DNA of 63,824 nucleotides, the filler included, from Lenisia limosa (lineage: Eukaryota > Protista > Breviatea), in NCBI GenBank assembly GCA_001655205.1. It is 12 parts of 12 records of this genome, joined end to end, with 100 filler letters (N's around TTAATTAATTAA, not from the genome) between each part and the next. Parts side by side here need not be neighbours in the genome. Positions count along the whole stretch, not along the records: positions 60,468 to 62,601 come from LPNZ01011531.1; positions 62,702 to 63,824 come from LPNZ01007262.1; 10 more parts are not named here. The stretch is one strand, 5' to 3'. A model generated the notes under the pieces. That model saw only the letters and a list, made by a program, of their open reading frames with translations, had not been told where the DNA came from and made no database searches. Position 1 is the stretch's first letter; each line of letters begins with the position of its first letter. The position numbers were made by a program, and so were the translations under genes. Below, in pieces: positions 60,825 through 63,824 of this stretch.

Positions 60825-63277
60825 CTTGTGCATGAGGGAAGATCTGTTGATGAGCAACTTGTCAAAAGTCTTTACCCCCGGGTATCCCCGCCGGTCGATC
60901 GGGAAGATCCGGTTAGACATGGGGCATGAATAACAATACAACGAGATTTGTGTCATCCATAACTCTACTCAAAGTTCCCTTTTACGATTCAGGCGAAAGG
61001 CGTAGTCCAGCCAAAGGCTGTTGTACACCCCAGGTTCCTCCCGTTTAATAGCGAAGCCGTTATTGGATACGGAAAAGAATTTGGTAGGAGAGGGTTTAAC
61101 AACGTAGATAGTGTGATTCTTGGTATCATATATATATCCTTTTAGCTACCCCCACCCTCCAGTTGTTTCATATTTCAATCCGCGTATGGTAATTGTTTTA
61201 CCAACAGTTTGTTTTTGTTTGTTTCTGCTACATTAATTTCCCATTTCACCCCCAGAAACGACTGGCCTGGGCTTTGTCAGAATTGATTTTGGGCTTTTTT
61301 GTTTCAAACATTCTTTTTTTTTTGTTTCAAACATTCTTTTTTTTTTGTTTCATTCTTTTTTTTTTNNNNNNNNNNNNNNNNNNNNNNNNNNNNNNNNNNN
61401 NNNNNNNNNNNNNNNNNNNNNNNNNNNNNNNTTGTCTAGTTTTAGGGTTGGTTGCTCGTGTTTGTTATTGCCTGCCTTTTTTGGTTTTTGTTTGGAGTTT
61501 CACATTATTTGTTTCGTGATTAGTACCTTTACGCCAATATTCATCATCGAAAGTTCCTTCGTTTTACTCCCCCAAACAGCTGCTGTACTCCAGGCCCCGG
61601 GATCACAACTACCACCCACATACCCGATGTTATCTCGAAGGTTGCAGCGGTTGCCCGATCTCATATCACAGGTGAGGGGTGATCCTTGTTGAACTATAAT
61701 TAGGGCTACCCTGCGGTCCCTAAAAGACCAGTTAAAAGCGATATTTATCGAGGATTTATCGAGAAATTCAGTCTTTTTTGGGACCACCTACTATAATCAA
61801 TCCACAACACACGGAGACTGTGAACATGGTGATTCCATAAACATGATCTCAGGGGGTTAAAAACGATGGATGGAATTGGGAGAAGATGAAACCATTCGGA
61901 TAACTGTATATTATAGTCAATGACATTTTATGTACTTATGACACGCCGGCTTCGGCTATCTTATTCTTTTTTTTTATTTCTCATTGCTAATTATGTTACA
62001 TTTAGAAACTAGTGTGATAACTGTGCCATGGATTGGGTGAATCCATCATTCCTCACCCCCTAGTTGCGTTATTTCTAACCCTCCTTAGATGCAGCTTGTT
62101 GCCGCTGACCGCCCTTCTCGTCTCGCCTTCCTCCATTGGCGCCTAAGTGGCTCAAATAGGGTCGCCGTTCGCACAACGTCGGAAGTAAACAGCAATGTTC
62201 CGACAATCGATGGGGCTGTGCAGGTGCGTCCGCTGGGGGAGGGGGGGTAGAAGCGACTGGCCTTTGCTTTTTTATATACTAATATATATATGTATTGTAA
62301 TACCCACACACACAGGCCCACACAAGCACCCTCGCAAAGTACCTTGCCCCCGGGNNNNNNNNNNNNNNNNNNNNNNNNNNNNNNNNNNNNNNNNNNNNNN
62401 NNNNNNNNNNNNNNNNNNNNNNNNNNNNNNNACCCAGTCACTCCCGACCTTGACCCGACGGCTACGAAGAAGTGGTGGTCAACGCAGAACCAAGTATCTC
62501 CTGAGGGCCAGAGAAGCGGCCTTGATGTGGGAGGGGATGTTCTTAGTGTGGAGAGGGCCCTTTTTGGGCTTCTTTGTTTCATAAAATTTTTAGTTTTACC
62601 CNNNNNNNNNNNNNNNNNNNNNNNNNNNNNNNNNNNNNNNNNNNNTTAATTAATTAANNNNNNNNNNNNNNNNNNNNNNNNNNNNNNNNNNNNNNNNNNN
62701 NTCATCTCCCGTACAATGGACTGACCTGGACTTTTTTTTTTCTGTTTCATAAATTATCTAATTTTACCTTGATGGTATGCGGTGCTGCAAAAGCGACTTC
62801 CCTGGGCGTTGTTTGTCTTGTTGTTATCAACCCTTTCAAAAGTTTTCCAATTTACCCCCCCCCCCAGGCCGAATTAGAAGTTGCTGAAGAATTTGCTGTT
62901 CGTCTTGAAAATGCAGCCTACAGACTTGCAGTGATGCTTGACGGATACCCCATGCCGGATGTGGGGAGGCGTGTACTGTTGTTTGTTCGTTTTGTTGTGT
63001 TTGTTCGTTTTGTTTTGTTGTTTGTTCGTTTTGTTTTGCTTAGTTTTGTTTTGTTTGTTTTGTTTTGTTTGTTTTGTTTTGATTTGGTTGTTTTGTTTTG
63101 TTTTGGTTGTTTTGTTTTGGTTGNNNNNNNNNNNNNNNNNNNNNNNNNNNNNNNNNNNNNNNNNNNNNNNNNNNNNNNNNNNNNNNNNNNNNNNNNNNNN
63201 NNNNNNTTTGATTATTATTTATTTTTTAGGACCTCCTCTTTGCCAAGGAGCATGAAATCGAGTCCATGGAAAAACGA
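60825..63277 (+). CDS. Exons of a hypothetical protein; crosses the 62646 linker and may be two genes
   Basis: LVHEGRSVDEQLVKSLYP, AKGVVQPKAVVHPRFLPFNSEAVIGYGKEF, AAVLQAPGSQLPPTYPMLSRRLQRLPDLISQ, MQLVAADRPSRLAFLHWRL..., AELEVAEEFAVRLENAAYRLAVMLDGYPMPD, DLLFAKEHEIESMEKR. Phases are consistent where checked. Confidence 0.55.
61432..61579 (+). repeat. Family B repeat, near full length, ending at an acceptor
   Basis: TTGTCTAGTTTTAGGGTTGGTTGCTCGTGTTTG...GTTTCGTGATTAGTACCTTTACGCCAATATTC...CGTTTTACTCCCCCAAACAG|exon. Confidence 0.85.
61701..61789. mobile_element. Family C MITE variant with an 8-bp direct repeat
   Basis: TAGGGCTACC...GGGACCACCT, flanked by ACTATAAT at 61693-61700 and 61790-61797. 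Confidence 0.8.
62980..63123 (+). repeat. TTTTG-rich low-complexity intronic tract
   Basis: Visible directly. Confidence 0.85.
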
Positions 63278-63489
63278 GTGGGGCGGAGGGAGTGTATAAT
63301 AATACTATATTATGCCTGAAAGAAAAGATGTGAAGAACTGTTATGGGTCACAAGAGTGGGAGTTGAAAGGTATGTGGTTATATTGGGTCACACGCGAAAA
63401 CAAATGTCTAATGGATTTCACTACTTTTTTTGATACAGATATTTTGCTTATAGCTTCCATATATGGGTATGTTGGGGAGTTGAAAGGCA

Positions 63490-63655
63490 TGGTATTCACT
63501 TCGGTTCGAAAAATGACTGAATTCCTCGATAAGTCCTCGAAAACTGTCGATTTTTTACCGGTCATTTTGAACTAGAGTGAATCCCTAGTGGGTATGTGTG
63601 AGTTGAAAAGATGTGTCGATATTTTAAGGGTCTATTTGAACCGAAGTGAAGCCCT
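63490..63655. mobile_element. Degenerate family C copy followed by a second right-end fragment
   Basis: TTCACTTCGGTTCG...GTGAATCCCTA, then GTCGATATTTT...GAACCGAAGTGAAGCCCT. Confidence 0.7.
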
Positions 63656-63824
63656 CCCCCAACCCTCTTACACTCAAGCGCACCCTCAAACATCGACTCA
63701 AATCGAACGCTCGACAAGGCGCTGGTTAGAGGGGTGGATGCACTCTGGCACGAAAAACAGATATAATATGGAGGATGTGTGACAAAATATCGATATATCG
63801 GCATATCAATGAAGTCTATGCCCC

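Noticed and set aside
60870-60992. U12-type intron (GTATCC donor; also at 11672)
   Set aside because: The donors read GTATCCC rather than GTATCCTT, and the branch match is weak; the evidence is insufficient.
10307-62657. TTAATTAATTAA as a biological palindromic motif
   Set aside because: Always centred in exactly 44+44 Ns with stops in six frames; it is an assembly spacer.
1680-63206. ORFs containing X runs, and the association of gaps with G/C runs
   Set aside because: ORFs spanning Ns are unsupported. Gaps next to G/C homopolymers are consistent with sequencing dropout, so run lengths at gap edges are unreliable, although the runs also occur in gap-free introns.

Overview
Intron-rich eukaryotic genomic scaffold, probably from a flagellated protist; the organism cannot be named from sequence alone. 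Exons are short (about 30-200 bp) and more GC-rich than the introns, translate in the standard code, and are bounded by GT-AG sites wherever checked. The window is interrupted by many N gaps and by 11 artificial N44-TTAATTAATTAA-N44 linkers, so adjacency across linkers is uncertain. Genes reconstructed by manual splicing: TRM6/GCD10 (-), a very divergent dynein heavy chain-like gene (-, over 20 kb), a RECQL4-like helicase (-), BUD32/TP53RK kinase (+), a cyclic-nucleotide-binding-domain protein (-), a ZDHHC12-like palmitoyltransferase with a DHCC motif (-), an ankyrin-repeat gene start (-), and several hypothetical genes. No rRNA, tRNA or CRISPR array was recognised. The most unusual signals are in intron architecture: (1) many donors read GTGGGG(G)n and many acceptors (C)nAG; (2) two dispersed repeat families (A and B) end exactly at those C-runs, vary at their 5' ends and stack in front of acceptors; (3) a hAT-type MITE family with 8-bp target-site duplications (TSDs) occurs about 20 times; (4) several tandem repeats duplicate the splice sites themselves. 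All alignments and family assignments were made by eye and from memory of family consensus motifs, with no database search.
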